DNA of 62,909 nt, counting the filler, from Globobulimina sp. (lineage: Eukaryota): the NCBI GenBank assembly GCA_003354225.1. It is 19 parts of 19 records of this genome, joined end to end, with 100 filler letters (N's around TTAATTAATTAA, not from the genome) between each part and the next. Parts side by side here need not be neighbours in the genome. Positions count along the whole stretch, not along the records: positions 1 to 3,221 come from PIVH01003386.1; positions 3,322 to 6,541 come from PIVH01003387.1; positions 6,642 to 9,861 come from PIVH01003388.1; positions 9,962 to 13,180 come from PIVH01003389.1; 15 more parts are not named here. One strand, 5' to 3'. This document shows, piece by piece, positions 1 to 11,229 of this stretch (position 1 is the first letter of the stretch; the number at the start of each line of letters is the position of its first letter). Below the pieces are notes generated by a model that was not told where the DNA came from, made no database searches, and saw only the letters and a list, made by a program, of their open reading frames with translations. Both the position numbers and the translations under genes were made by a program.

Positions 1-3000
1 TTTATAGCGTTTGTGGATCTCACCAATCGGACCTCGGGAAGTCTGACCGATTTAACTAAACGGATTCGCGAGCAACACAGTGATAGACCCCACCAATTAC
101 CCGCCTCATTCGCCAAATATAAACATGTCAAAAAAACGTCCACGTCGCCTTCGTCAAAGTCACCGGTCACATTCAATGCTTCCATCGCCGCAATTTCTCC
201 CTTATCCATCATAAACACCATACAAAAACAACAGAGCGCTCAGAGTCAGAGTTCGAGCAAAGAACGCAAACCTTTTGTCCCTCCGCCACCAAACAGCACC
301 ACGCAGTCGTTACGAGCCGCCATACCAACCGAGCAATCATTTGACGATGAAGACGAAGACGAGGATGGTATTGTAAGTACAGATTATTTGAACCAAACCA
401 CACAAGTTGTGTTAACCAACACCGATAGCGATCCAATCGCAACTGGCAAAGCAAAGAAACATTATCGTGGCCGATCATTGTCTGTAGATTCGCCTTTGAG
501 GGCAGTACATGCGTACACTGCCAGTAATTTCCATGCCAGTGACGACTCGGATCATTATTCTTTCTCTGAGGAGGACGAGAACAAGCGAGTAATGATAAAA
601 AATCTAAAAATAACCATGTCTAATCACAGTAATCAGCCCATTGGCATTCAACAAACACCCTCTCCGGTGGCCCATGCTGCGCCTTTTGAATTAGTGCACG
701 AATCGGACGAGGAGGACGAGGACGATATTGAGGAAGAGAAAGACGTTAAGATTAAGATCGTGGTACATACGGAACCAGAAAGGTCGACCAGCTCTGAAAA
801 CCTCAATAAAAAGAAGAAGAAGAAAAAGAAAAAACGCAAGAAATCGTCTACAAAAACAAGCAAATCAAGCAAATCACATCGACATCGCCAGAAACACTTA
901 AATTTAGATGCCAATCGTTCGAAATCCAGGAACCCGGTCCCGGAGGATATGGATGGTAATGGTGCAAAAGTGACCGTGCCCCGAAGAGCGAGTGCCAGTG
1001 CGATTATTGTCGATGTGGGCGATGGGGATAAGAAGAAGAAGAAGAAAAAATGGTATCATATGTTTGCCAAAAAGAGCGATAAATCCGAATTGAGTGAGCT
1101 GTATACAGACGATGACGATGTCAGTGATACTTCGTCGATTCAGAGTCGCCCTCAATCGGTACGCTCTGCGTTGACGCCGCGAGGTTGGTCCAAGAAATCC
1201 AAGAAGACGAATTTATTCGATTTGGAGTTCCCATCCACTGCATATAGTTCATATTCATCTATGCCGGGCAGCCCTGGTCTATCTGCACAGGATAATGATG
1301 ACAAAAAATCGGTGAGCAATGGCTCGTTACCTGACGACCACTCGATTCGCACCGCCATATTTGACGATTTTGCGGTGGATATCCCGTTGAGTAATATCGA
1401 AGTGGCGCAGAAGATTTTAAATATGAAGTACAGTGATTGGAATTTCGACCATGATATGGTGCATGTATACCGCGCCCAATGTGCCACGTTGCAGTATGCC
1501 AAGTTCATACCGAAACTGACGCAGCTTATATATCCAAGCATTTTATCGTCATTGTCGTTGCCGGTGCAGATTCTGTCTTGCAAGTACAGGGTGTATTGCA
1601 AGTATAACATCAAGAATTTGAAATTCGCGGCTGGCTTGCGACTGGTATGTCGATTTTCTGTTTGCAACCTGCAAAGCGAGCATGTTTGCTCAAGCCGACA
1701 TGTTCGCTTTGCAGTCAAGTGTAAGATTTTGAGTGAAAACATTTCACACATTTTGACAGAATGAAGAACAGGAAGAGAAGGCAGATAAGTTCTCGTCAAC
1801 CCCGCCGTACGCGTGGGACAATCAAGCGTCGATTTCAACCTTCGATTTAACGCAATTTAAGTCCGGCTCGCCAACGCAGGACAAATTGCATAATTCCATA
1901 CTCTTTCATCACAGCAACTGCATGACTGACAACCATAACATCCATGTCTCGTCCAACCAGGATATAGATATGGTTGAGATTGAATTTACGCATGAAACCC
2001 GTACGCAAGACGCCATTAAACAGATCTTCACCAAGATCTGCAACAGCAACAACGTCGCGTACGAAACCAAAGTGCAGTTTCAATTGTTGGACTTGGAATG
2101 TTTTGTGCTAAAAACCTGCGGCAGAGAGGAATATCTGCGCTTCAACGATAATATACCCATCGTCGCCTCCAACTACATCCGCAATTGTTTGCGCAACGAC
2201 AATATCTCCACCTCGTTAGAGTTCGTATTGCTGTACGTCTACGACCTGAACACCTACAATGAAAAAAATTATCGGCTCAGCTTATCCGAATGGTATCGTC
2301 AGAACACTTATCACGACGATATTTTTGAATACTTTGCGAAAAAACCACTGGTCTCTGACATGAAGATGAACCATAAAAAAAGTAAGAAAAAAACCAAGCT
2401 CCAGACTGAAAATAGCAGCGGCAATCTCGGCGTGATTGAGGAGGACAAAGAGGAGGAAATCATCGCTGCCAAAAAGAAGGCGAAGACCAAAGAGAAGCAG
2501 TTGAAATACGAGGCGTTGGGCTATAACTGCATTGTGGATACATTGATAGCGTCGCATGAGAAGAATAAATTGACGCAGCTCAACTTATCCGTGGAGAAGG
2601 AAGTGGATTGGCTGTATTCCACCGTCGGCTCCGTGTTGGAGAGTAACGACGACAGCGGACAGCAGCATCAACGCAATAAGTCCTCGCACGATCGCAATAA
2701 GCACCGCAGTGTGTCCTCGCTTCATCGCAGTATGAATTTCACGCAACATCAACAGGAACAGATCGAAATCGATTGGGGCAATATCCCGCAATCCGCAGTG
2801 TTGTTGGATGAGTTTGAGCATCCGATTGAAATTAAGATCAAATCGCTTAAACACGTCACCAACGCGCCGCGTTTTAAACTACATTCCTATGCGTTTGTGA
2901 TATTGCGCATTGAGCTGATGTTTGGCAGCAATGTGTTTGAAGAGTGCAGTTGGGATATTCGTATACCACATTCGTGCATTACTAACAGCATCAAAATGGC

Positions 3001-3221
3001 TGCCAATATGAGCACGTTTTCCACGCAAATCAGCGAGTTGTTCTATTCCATGATACCGCGGGAAGCCATATGGTGTTTCACCATTTATGGGATACGCAAA
3101 ATGAATGACAGTGCCTCAGAGAAGAAGAACACGAATGAAAGCCCGGGGCGAGAACATCGGCATGAAAGGGGGCAGCACAACGTGCTTATAAAGGAGAGCA
3201 TGGCCAAAGCAAATCGTGGAA
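1..3221 (+). CDS. Phosphatidylinositol 3-kinase (class I-like), partial: low-complexity N-terminal region, Ras-binding domain and start of the C2 domain; exons 1-1644 and 1760-3221
   Basis: FVLKTCGREEYL...NYIRNCL matches the PI3K RBD, and IPREAIWCFTIYG matches the PI3K C2 motif. A phase-0 intron GTATGT...TTGACAG at 1645-1759 joins ORFs 13..1764 and 1886..3277 in frame. Both ends are truncated by the contig. Confidence 0.8.
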
Positions 3222-3321
3222 NNNNNNNNNNNNNNNNNNNNNNNNNNNNNNNNNNNNNNNNNNNNTTAATTAATTAANNNNNNNNNNNNNNNNNNNNNNN
3301 NNNNNNNNNNNNNNNNNNNNN
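3222..3321. other. Artificial contig linker (first of 18)
   Basis: 44 N + TTAATTAATTAA (stops in all frames) + 44 N. It recurs starting at 6542, 9862, 13181, 16500, 19819, 23137, 26455, 29772, 33088, 36403, 39717, 43031, 46345, 49658, 52971, 56284 and 59597. Contig lengths never increase, falling from 3221 to 3213. Confidence 0.99.
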
Positions 3322-3921
3322 TCGCCATAATAATTATAACAAATTTGATTGATGGATATTGGAATGATTTTCTGTTTGATTGTTTTTTGAACTTTTCGTA
3401 TGTAGCCAGAAACAATTAAAACCTCCATCACTTCACTTCACTTAGCTTACAACAAAAACGTTGCAGTTTTATGGAATGGATCACATTTTGTTTGTAATGC
3501 GGTATTTTTTATAGCAATTAAAAAAAAAGAATATTTTGCACACAACAAAAGCATCACACATATAAAAGCAAAGAAAGTACAAAAATATATAATAATAATA
3601 AAATGGGTGTTTAGCAATACAGTGCATTGTGTAGCGCACACAATAATAATTGCACTATTTACTATAATTCGCATTTTTGAAAGTAAAGAAAAACTTAATG
3701 ATCTTGTAGGTGGATTAACGTTTGTTTTTGGTGTATTACAATATCAAATTGCATTTCACGGATCAATAATTAACACAGATATAAAATATATTTAAATTTT
3801 AAAAAGCATTTCAATGTTAATCTTAGATCATTAAACAGAGAAAGCACTCAATATAAAAATATTATAAATAGAGATAATCGAAATTAGTACTTATATATTA
3901 CTAATTTCGTTAGCAATTATT

Positions 3922-5286
3922 TTATTGGCCATGCTGTATCTCAGTATCATTCGTTTGGATATTATTAATTACAACTTCATTATTCTCGGGTTCTTTCTCT
4001 TTGCTCTCCTCATTTCCCACTTGTGTAAGTTGTGTGACCTCTGTAACCATATTATAATTATCCTCTGCGACGGCAACAATTGCTGTTTCTGTTTGTTCCA
4101 TGGTCCCGAATGTATCATTACTATCATGGTACATAGCATAATCCTCATCTCTTAATAATGCAACATTTCCATCCCATCGGTTAACGACATGAACTGCACC
4201 ATCATCAATCAAAAGTTTCTTTGTCAATCCTTTAGAATAATCGTCCATTGCTTTTTTATCCACTTTATCAAAATCAATCAATACCAAATTACCAATTTTT
4301 TGAAAAGGTTTACTTTTCCAAACAATCATCACAAGAGTCTCTTGTTTCTGTTCTTCCAAAACATGCACCCAATCGCCGACTTGCAACGTACTCAGTTCGC
4401 GTTCACGCCGCGTATAAAAGGTAGGGACAATGATTTCCATTCCAACGTCATTGGACCAGGCAATGCCGGAAATGCCAAAATGATCTAAATAATGTTCTGG
4501 TTTATAAAATAATGTCAATTTGCCTAAATCATACATATGCTTAAACCAACATAATAATGTAATTGCAATGCCAATCGCAAACACGATGATGCCAAAATAA
4601 CTCAATATATAAATTGAAATGACTAACAATGGCATATCCTGTATAAAACAAACAACCATTGATGCTTGATTTGATAACACACCTAAATGCCACACAGAGT
4701 ACGCATTGTCACTCATTTTCCAATATTGTTTGGCATCTGTCACGTTTTCTAATTGTGTCATGTCAACCACACTCTGAGCGTTTCTACGTTGATCTTTGTG
4801 CCATTTATACGATTGAACCACGGACCAGCCAATAATTACTGGGAACAAAAGTAACGCACAAACCCACCAGAATAAGTTCAGCAAAATAATCCAGAAACAG
4901 CAACATGAAGCATCGCCAATTCTAATTTGTTCCAGTTTGTGATCATGGAATTCATTTAGTTTACGAAAGAATCTCTTATAAACTAATATTTGCTGCGAGA
5001 TTTTATGTACAAAATACGCGAAACCTACATAAGTAAAAATAATTTCCATAAAAATAAGCCATCCCACAGCATTTCCGCTATATGCAAATGTTGAGATAAT
5101 TAGAAAGAAACTCGATGCCACCAATGCTAATCGGAGGGATAAATGAATTACAATGTCGACTGTAACAGGGAAGAAGCCTGGAGCTCGAGATGCGTATCTT
5201 TTTCTCTCTGTTGTCTGTCTTGTGGCTGGCTTCATTTCCACCTCTTCTGTTAACTGCTTTTGTTCGTCCTGTTCTATTTGGCTCAT
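3922..5286 (-). CDS. Multi-pass membrane protein of unknown function
   Basis: 454-aa ATG-to-stop ORF with about 5 hydrophobic segments. FIQDMPLLVISIYIL resembles an XK/TMEM26-like helix motif. Confidence 0.7.
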   Translation of the reverse strand: MSQIEQDEQKQLTEEVEMKPATRQTTERKRYASRAPGFFPVTVDIVIHLSLRLALVASSFFLIISTFAYSGNAVGWLIFMEIIFTYVGFAYFVHKISQQILVYKRFFRKLNEFHDHKLEQIRIGDASCCCFWIILLNLFWWVCALLLFPVIIGWSVVQSYKWHKDQRRNAQSVVDMTQLENVTDAKQYWKMSDNAYSVWHLGVLSNQASMVVCFIQDMPLLVISIYILSYFGIIVFAIGIAITLLCWFKHMYDLGKLTLFYKPEHYLDHFGISGIAWSNDVGMEIIVPTFYTRRERELSTLQVGDWVHVLEEQKQETLVMIVWKSKPFQKIGNLVLIDFDKVDKKAMDDYSKGLTKKLLIDDGAVHVVNRWDGNVALLRDEDYAMYHDSNDTFGTMEQTETAIVAVAEDNYNMVTEVTQLTQVGNEESKEKEPENNEVVINNIQTNDTEIQHGQ

Positions 5287-5452
5287 ATTAATTTAAAACA
5301 ACTTTACTGGCTTATGTCAGTTATGTCACTTATGTGATGCTTATTTGTTTAACCAATTAACGGAAACGGATGGGACGGAGAGAAAGAGCTGAAAGTGTGA
5401 TGTTGAAAACTGTTTTTCGAAGATTGTATAACTTGAACTGTTGAACTTCAAC

Positions 5453-6511
5453 ATGTCGTCTACTGTCCCACAATTAGAAGCAGATAAATACAAACTGAGG
5501 ATCCGACATTTAGAGCGTGAAAATGGTGAATTACGTGCATCAAAACTACAATTAATAATGTCAACGGCCAAAGAAATTGAAAGATTGAGACAATATATAT
5601 GTTCCTTAACGTTATCAATAGAACAGAAACGATATACAAACAATAAAAACACAGAAATGGAGGAAAAAGAAGAAAAATCAAAGATAATAAAGGCGCCACC
5701 GGTACCAATGGTAGCAGTGTGTGAACATTGTGGCTCCACCACAAAAGTAGAAAATAATTATTTTATCACATTATCATCAAATCCGGATCCAGGCCCCGGC
5801 CCAGGTCCAGGCGGTCCCGATGATATTATAGCGAATGACTCAGAGGATGATGAATATGGATATTACGCCGCTGCGGAAGCCGCAGAGAGTGACTATAACG
5901 AAGAAGACGACGCGAAACAAGGCTCGCTATCATCAGACGACGACCATGCCGTAGTAAATAACTATTCGTCGGACGACAACGACCACACTAACAATAATTA
6001 CATAACCCCCGGCCGAGTGAGCGTCATTTACAACAATGACTCGTTTGTGGGCCATACGCGAGGCATCACGGCGGAGGATTTGCCCTCCTTCGAATTGAAC
6101 CAATCGATGGGCGAACATGCCTCCATTCCCTTACCCGACAACTTCATGGATGATTCCTTTGTGATTTGCGACTTTTGCACAAGCAATTTGCCATTGCAAT
6201 TCGTGAGGAAATATCCAGACACTTATCCGTGCAGTAAATGTTGCGCCTTTTTCGAGTTTATATTCCTATGCAATGAGTGCGGCAAATGTGTGTGTTCAGA
6301 ATGTTATGAGTACGAAGCTAAGATGCAATCCATCGATCGGATCACAAATCACTTCAATACCAATAAGTATATGGATGACGACGGATTGCATGTCTTCGAG
6401 CAACGGATCAACGACGAATCGGCGTCAATGTTAAATAAATTATTGGCGGACATGAGCGCCACGTTACGAATTCCGGCCCCAACCTGCCAAGAATCCTTGA
6501 TAACGTTCTGA
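5453..6511 (+). CDS. Coiled-coil, acidic protein with a C-terminal Cys-rich putative zinc-binding cluster
   Basis: N-terminal heptad-like segment, D/E-rich middle, then CDFC...CSKCC...CNECGKCVCSEC. Divergent from the preceding gene with 166 bp between ATGs. Confidence 0.65.
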   Translation: MSSTVPQLEADKYKLRIRHLERENGELRASKLQLIMSTAKEIERLRQYICSLTLSIEQKRYTNNKNTEMEEKEEKSKIIKAPPVPMVAVCEHCGSTTKVENNYFITLSSNPDPGPGPGPGGPDDIIANDSEDDEYGYYAAAEAAESDYNEEDDAKQGSLSSDDDHAVVNNYSSDDNDHTNNNYITPGRVSVIYNNDSFVGHTRGITAEDLPSFELNQSMGEHASIPLPDNFMDDSFVICDFCTSNLPLQFVRKYPDTYPCSKCCAFFEFIFLCNECGKCVCSECYEYEAKMQSIDRITNHFNTNKYMDDDGLHVFEQRINDESASMLNKLLADMSATLRIPAPTCQESLITF

Positions 6512-7601
6512 TTTGCCTTTGCTACCAATCTACCGTGAACTNNNNNNNNNNNNNNNNNNNNNNNNNNNNNNNNNNNNNNNNNNNNTTAATTAATTAANNN
6601 NNNNNNNNNNNNNNNNNNNNNNNNNNNNNNNNNNNNNNNNNATCAGGTTGCAAGACAGAGTGTGATGGTTTAATCGAAACCACCGAGTAAACATGACTTC
6701 TGAAGGGAAGCCACCCGAACGTTTACCAATCCCTATGACGTTTACCGTTTTTAAAATCCCGAGTCTGCTACATTGAAATTTTACAATTATACGATCAGTT
6801 AGTACAAAGAAAAGAGTAAAGTTGTCAATAAAATAAGAATAAAATTTGGCAGCTTGCGTGTCTGGAACATATTATTTCAAAATGTGTGGCTGTATAGATT
6901 CAGAATGTCATCGTTGTTGGACTAAAATAGCAAATAATGATCAACGTAAACTTGCAAAAGAAATGTGTCAGCAACATATTGGAGATATGGATGTGAATGA
7001 GGTAAATGTGTAACTGTAACAAGTCTTATTTTAGTTGTGTAAGTAACGTATTTTGAATGCGTGTGCCTGTGTTTGTGTATCTGTTTTGTGTTCGTGTTAT
7101 TCCTATTAATTTCAGTGTGTAGTCGACAAAATCGAATTTTATTATGTTTACAATAAACAGCTGCTGGCATCTAAGAACCCCTGGGATTGAAATCATTGAA
7201 TCTAAATACATTAAGAACATCCGGTTTTCAGCGTCAGATTTTTATTGGGGTAAGATGCAAACCGTTTCTGGTGACTTACAAATATCCATATTTTGATATA
7301 ACGTAATAATTAAACATACTAAAAAAATTTATCTGTAATGATCGGTAAATCCGATGATCAGACATGTAAATAACGAATTACATTCTTAACTATTTCAGAT
7401 ATTTTGCTAACTCATCAATTCCCTGACGTACATTGATGAAATTCTTATTTTGTGCTCAGTGCAATTAAATTGTGAAAGCTATGTATTGCTATCTATTGTA
7501 TTTGTTCCCATAAATGCATGAATGTATATAAAGCAGATGTTTATATATCATATGCAAATAATGCATTCAAAAAATGAAATATATAAAGGAATATTGTGTG
7601 T

Positions 7602-7674
7602 GGGGTACTGGCGCAATCGGAAGCGCGTAACGTTCGCAACGTTAAGGCACCGGGATCGAAACCCGGGTACTCCA
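7602..7674 (+). tRNA. tRNA-Ala (anticodon CGC)
   Basis: Cloverleaf GGGGTAC-TG-GCGC-AATCGGAA-GCGC-G-TAACG-TTCGCAA-CGTTA-AGGCA-CCGGG-ATCGAAA-CCCGG-GTACTCC-A. It has the G3-U70 alanine identity pair, A73 and no encoded CCA. Confidence 0.95.
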
Positions 7675-7836
7675 TTTATATTGAAAATTTACCTCTTTTT
7701 TTTAATTGCCAAAAAAAAAGTTACATGGAACACAGCACAAAATATAAGTTGTTCCAAATGACATACTATTCTCAACATATTAACATCTGATGTATACAAA
7801 AGTGTTTCCAAATGTAGATTTCCGCAGTAACAGAAA

Positions 7837-7909
7837 TGGAGTACCCGGGTTTCGATCCCGGTGCCTTAACGTTGCGAACGTTACGCGCTTCCGATTGCGC
7901 CAGTACCCC
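7837..7909 (-). tRNA. tRNA-Ala (anticodon CGC), second identical copy
   Basis: Exact reverse complement of 7602-7674. Confidence 0.95.
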
Positions 7910-8355
7910 ACACACAATGTATTATTTTATGAATGTATTATTTGCATTTGATATATAAACATCTGCTTTATTACGGTCATGTATTTATGGGAACAAATAC
8001 AATGGATAGCAATACATAGCTTTCACAATTTAATTGCTGTCAATTAGGTGTCAAAGGAAACAAACAATATTCTATTAGAAAAATAGATTTTTTCTGCAAA
8101 CAACATTTTTTAACTGGCACCACAGAGTTGCATGGCTACCAATTGGTTATTTTTATGCGAATAAAATCAACATAGTATATATTTATGATAAAATCAATTT
8201 CCGCTCGGTGAGTAACTTTGGAAGGAATTGGGATTTTGTATGTGCTGATGGTACTGATAACAATGTGTAAAATGACAGACATTAAACACACACACCTTTA
8301 TTTATATTCAGAACTAATGAAGAAGTGAAGTTTTCGAACCACAATCTGGTGCATC

Positions 8356-9861
8356 ATGACACCGTTTTTCTTTGGTGTTATTCTGATTTATTCAACATAT
8401 TCGTATTCACTTACTAGATTTTCACAGCAATCATCTCCAATACCACCATATGATGGCGCTGGCTGGGTGGTCCACTACGACGCAGCAACAAGAAAGATCT
8501 GGATGCTTGGTATAGTAATTTACTTATTCTAAATTCAATTGATTCTCATTTCAAATCAAATAAATGCCAGCTGGACAGCCATGGGACACAGCGGCCCGTG
8601 AATTTAAAGCTTCATCTAATGTTCAAACATTCAACATCGACAATAATTCATGGAATATAGAAGCTTCGACGCCAACTCAAATCCAACCAGAATCGCAACA
8701 ATCATTTGCATCCATTGGTGACACCGTATATTTTGTTGGTTATAATGGAACGTTCGGCTCATTCAATGTTAAAAGCAATACTTTTTTCAATATCCATCCA
8801 AACATTACTTTATTATATCCAACACGTTCATGCTGTGTAACAACTGATGGGTTGAGGTATATATTTATAATCAGTGGGTGGATCGCAGAAAATTATGTGC
8901 CACAGTTTCAAATCTACGACATCCAAAATAATGAATGGTTGGCTGGCAATATACCAAATGTTAACATTCCGCGGGCATTTCATAGTTGCGAGTATCACAA
9001 AGGTTATATTTATATATTTGGTGGATGGATCGGAGCGAATAATAACGAATGTACAGCAACCATAGAAAAGATTTATGTGAGTTCAGGAGATGATGTGTTG
9101 AGTACTGTCACCACACAAACTTGGACTGTATTACCCGTGGCATTAGATACGATGAAAAGGGAGCTTATGATAGCTAAATGTGGTGATGTTGATGTGGATG
9201 AAATATATATTATTGGTGGATTACATCAAACTACGAAACCATTACGGGACCATATGTATGATACAGTGCAAATATTTAATACTTCAGATGATTCCATTAC
9301 AACTTCATCGGTGACCCTCAACACTCCACGAGCTGCTGCGTTTGCTATTTGTATTGAGAACTATCTTTATGTTATGCTTGGATATACTGAATGTGGTGCA
9401 AATTGTCGGATAAATCTGCCGAACTGGGAAAGGAGCAAGCCATTATACACGTTTTCGCCAACAAATAATCCGACATCAATATCAAATCCAACAACAATCA
9501 CACAATTCCCAACCAATTATCCATCCACATACCCAACAGTCCCAACTACTCATCCTACAAATAATCCCAGTCTAAATCCGACATTAACTCCGACAAAATA
9601 CCCAACATTAAATCCGACAATAATGCCAACAAAATATCCGACAAAGTATCCTACATTAACTCCAACAAAATATCCGACATTAATTCCAAGTGACTCTCCA
9701 TTAAGCCCTACCACAGTGAATCCAACAATGTCTCCCTCCAAACAACCAACCTCAACATTGGCGCCCTCCACCAATCCATCGGCAATAACAACAAATCCCA
9801 CATCAGCTCCTATACTTTCAGTGGTATTTATTCCTCACTCAATTTTATCGTTTTTCGTTTT
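8356..9861 (+). CDS. Secreted or surface Kelch-repeat protein with a Pro/Thr mucin-like stalk (3' partial); intron 8510-8570
   Basis: Signal-peptide-like MTPFFFGVILIYSTYSYS. A phase-1 GT-AG intron joins it to ORF 8564. Kelch motifs YIYIFGG, IYIIGG and PRAFHSC are followed by PTKYPT repeats. Confidence 0.8.
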
Positions 9862-9961
9862 NNNNNNNNNNNNNNNNNNNNNNNNNNNNNNNNNNNNNNN
9901 NNNNNTTAATTAATTAANNNNNNNNNNNNNNNNNNNNNNNNNNNNNNNNNNNNNNNNNNNN

Positions 9962-10804
9962 CAAATTGTAATGCAAACTCAAGCTCATATACAAACACAT
10001 ATTGAATATTTTGGCTCTGTTAATGGTTTGCATGCAATTTGATATGGTACTAATTGTAGCCATAGAAATGTCCCCATCACAATCTATATTGTTACGGCAT
10101 GGCGACAATGAATATATTTGTTGTGGATCATCGTCAGATATCTTATTCAATGTAAATCCTTGAACCGAGGTCAAATCCAATGTATTACCGCCCACATTCC
10201 AGATACATTCTGCTTCGGTAACAACACAGGCATAAACTGATCGAATCGCCATTGTATGTTTACAGTCACTGACATTGATGTTAACGTTTATTAATCTCAC
10301 ATTTTAATTTGGATAATACCTAATTTGGGCACATGTAGTCGGCAATGAAAATGGTTCTGCCAATGGGTCACAGGTCCATACAATGTCAAATTCTATTCTT
10401 CCTTCTTGACATTGCTGCCCATTGCCAATTTGCCATAATAAAATGTATATTGTGCGGTACCATTATCTCTGGAATATTGTGGAATGGTCGCACCATCATC
10501 CCATTCTGCTAAATAATACGCACATTGACCGTTGTTTCGATTAAAATAAACTGCTTGATATCGTAGCCCAATACATAATGCATACGACATACATGGAGTG
10601 TAGCCTGTAATATATGTATGCTATAAATGTACTGTATACAGATATCATATACAAATATTAACTGTAAGCATAATCACCAGATAGACACTGTATTTCATAT
10701 CCTTGAGCTCCTTGCAATGAAAAACCACCCCATTGGCAATTGTCATTAAACTGACTTAATAATGGCACTATTAGAAAACATAAATTTAAACAGCAAAATG
10801 CCAT
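9962..10804 (-). pseudogene. Secreted tandem MRH (mannose-6-phosphate receptor homology)-like protein with an 8-nt frameshifting insertion; introns 10605-10662 and 10269-10319; 3' partial
   Basis: Signal peptide MAFCCLNLCFLIVPLLS; YSYTPC...YYGNGQQC...IVWTCDP...DCKHTMAIRSVYAC, then a second repeat CIWNVGGNTLDLTS...YSLSPC. The frame is restored only by removing 10427-10434. Confidence 0.6.
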
Positions 10805-11229
10805 TGATCTAGCTGGGGAGAATAAAAGTGTGTTTTGTTTAATTTAAAAACCTTTTTAAGAAAAAAAAAGTTGAAGTGTACGTACATAGATATTTAAATT
10901 CAAAATATTAATATGTATATGTATATATGATGAAAGCTGAAAGGGCTAACGTCAACACAGCAAAAACAACAAACAATTTTAATATAATAATATTGCAATA
11001 AGAAAAACAAAACGGAATACTAAAATTACTAATAATTAAAAAGGCAAACACAAAAACAAATTTTACAACAAACTATATACGTCTTATAAAATTACAAAAT
11101 TGCAAATTGCAAATGTCAACAACGTAAAAACAAAAAAAAAGCAAACTGGTTTCTCTCTGACTTTAGATTTATGCCAAATTGGGAAATAATATTTTGCCAC
11201 AAATCGCAGATCAAAGAAAAAGAAGGTTT

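Larger units (their letters stand above)
7461..8037. repeat. Imperfect inverted duplication (arms about 7461-7677 and 7834-8037) containing the two tRNA genes
   Basis: GCAATTAAATTGTGAAAGCTATGTATTGCTATC at 7461 is mirrored by GATAGCAATACATAGCTTTCACAATTTAATTGC ending at 8037. The flanks differ by substitutions and indels; the tRNA bodies are identical. Confidence 0.93.

Noticed and set aside
6642-6770. Possible structured ncRNA at the contig start
   Set aside because: No recognisable rRNA, snRNA or tRNA motif; it could equally be the last codons and 3' UTR of a truncated gene.
7602-7674. Initiator-tRNA-like T loop (ATCGAAA) and D loop in tRNA-Ala
   Set aside because: A54 and A60 also occur in ordinary eukaryotic tRNA-Ala (for example in plants). 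A1-U72 and the three G-C anticodon-stem pairs of initiators are absent.
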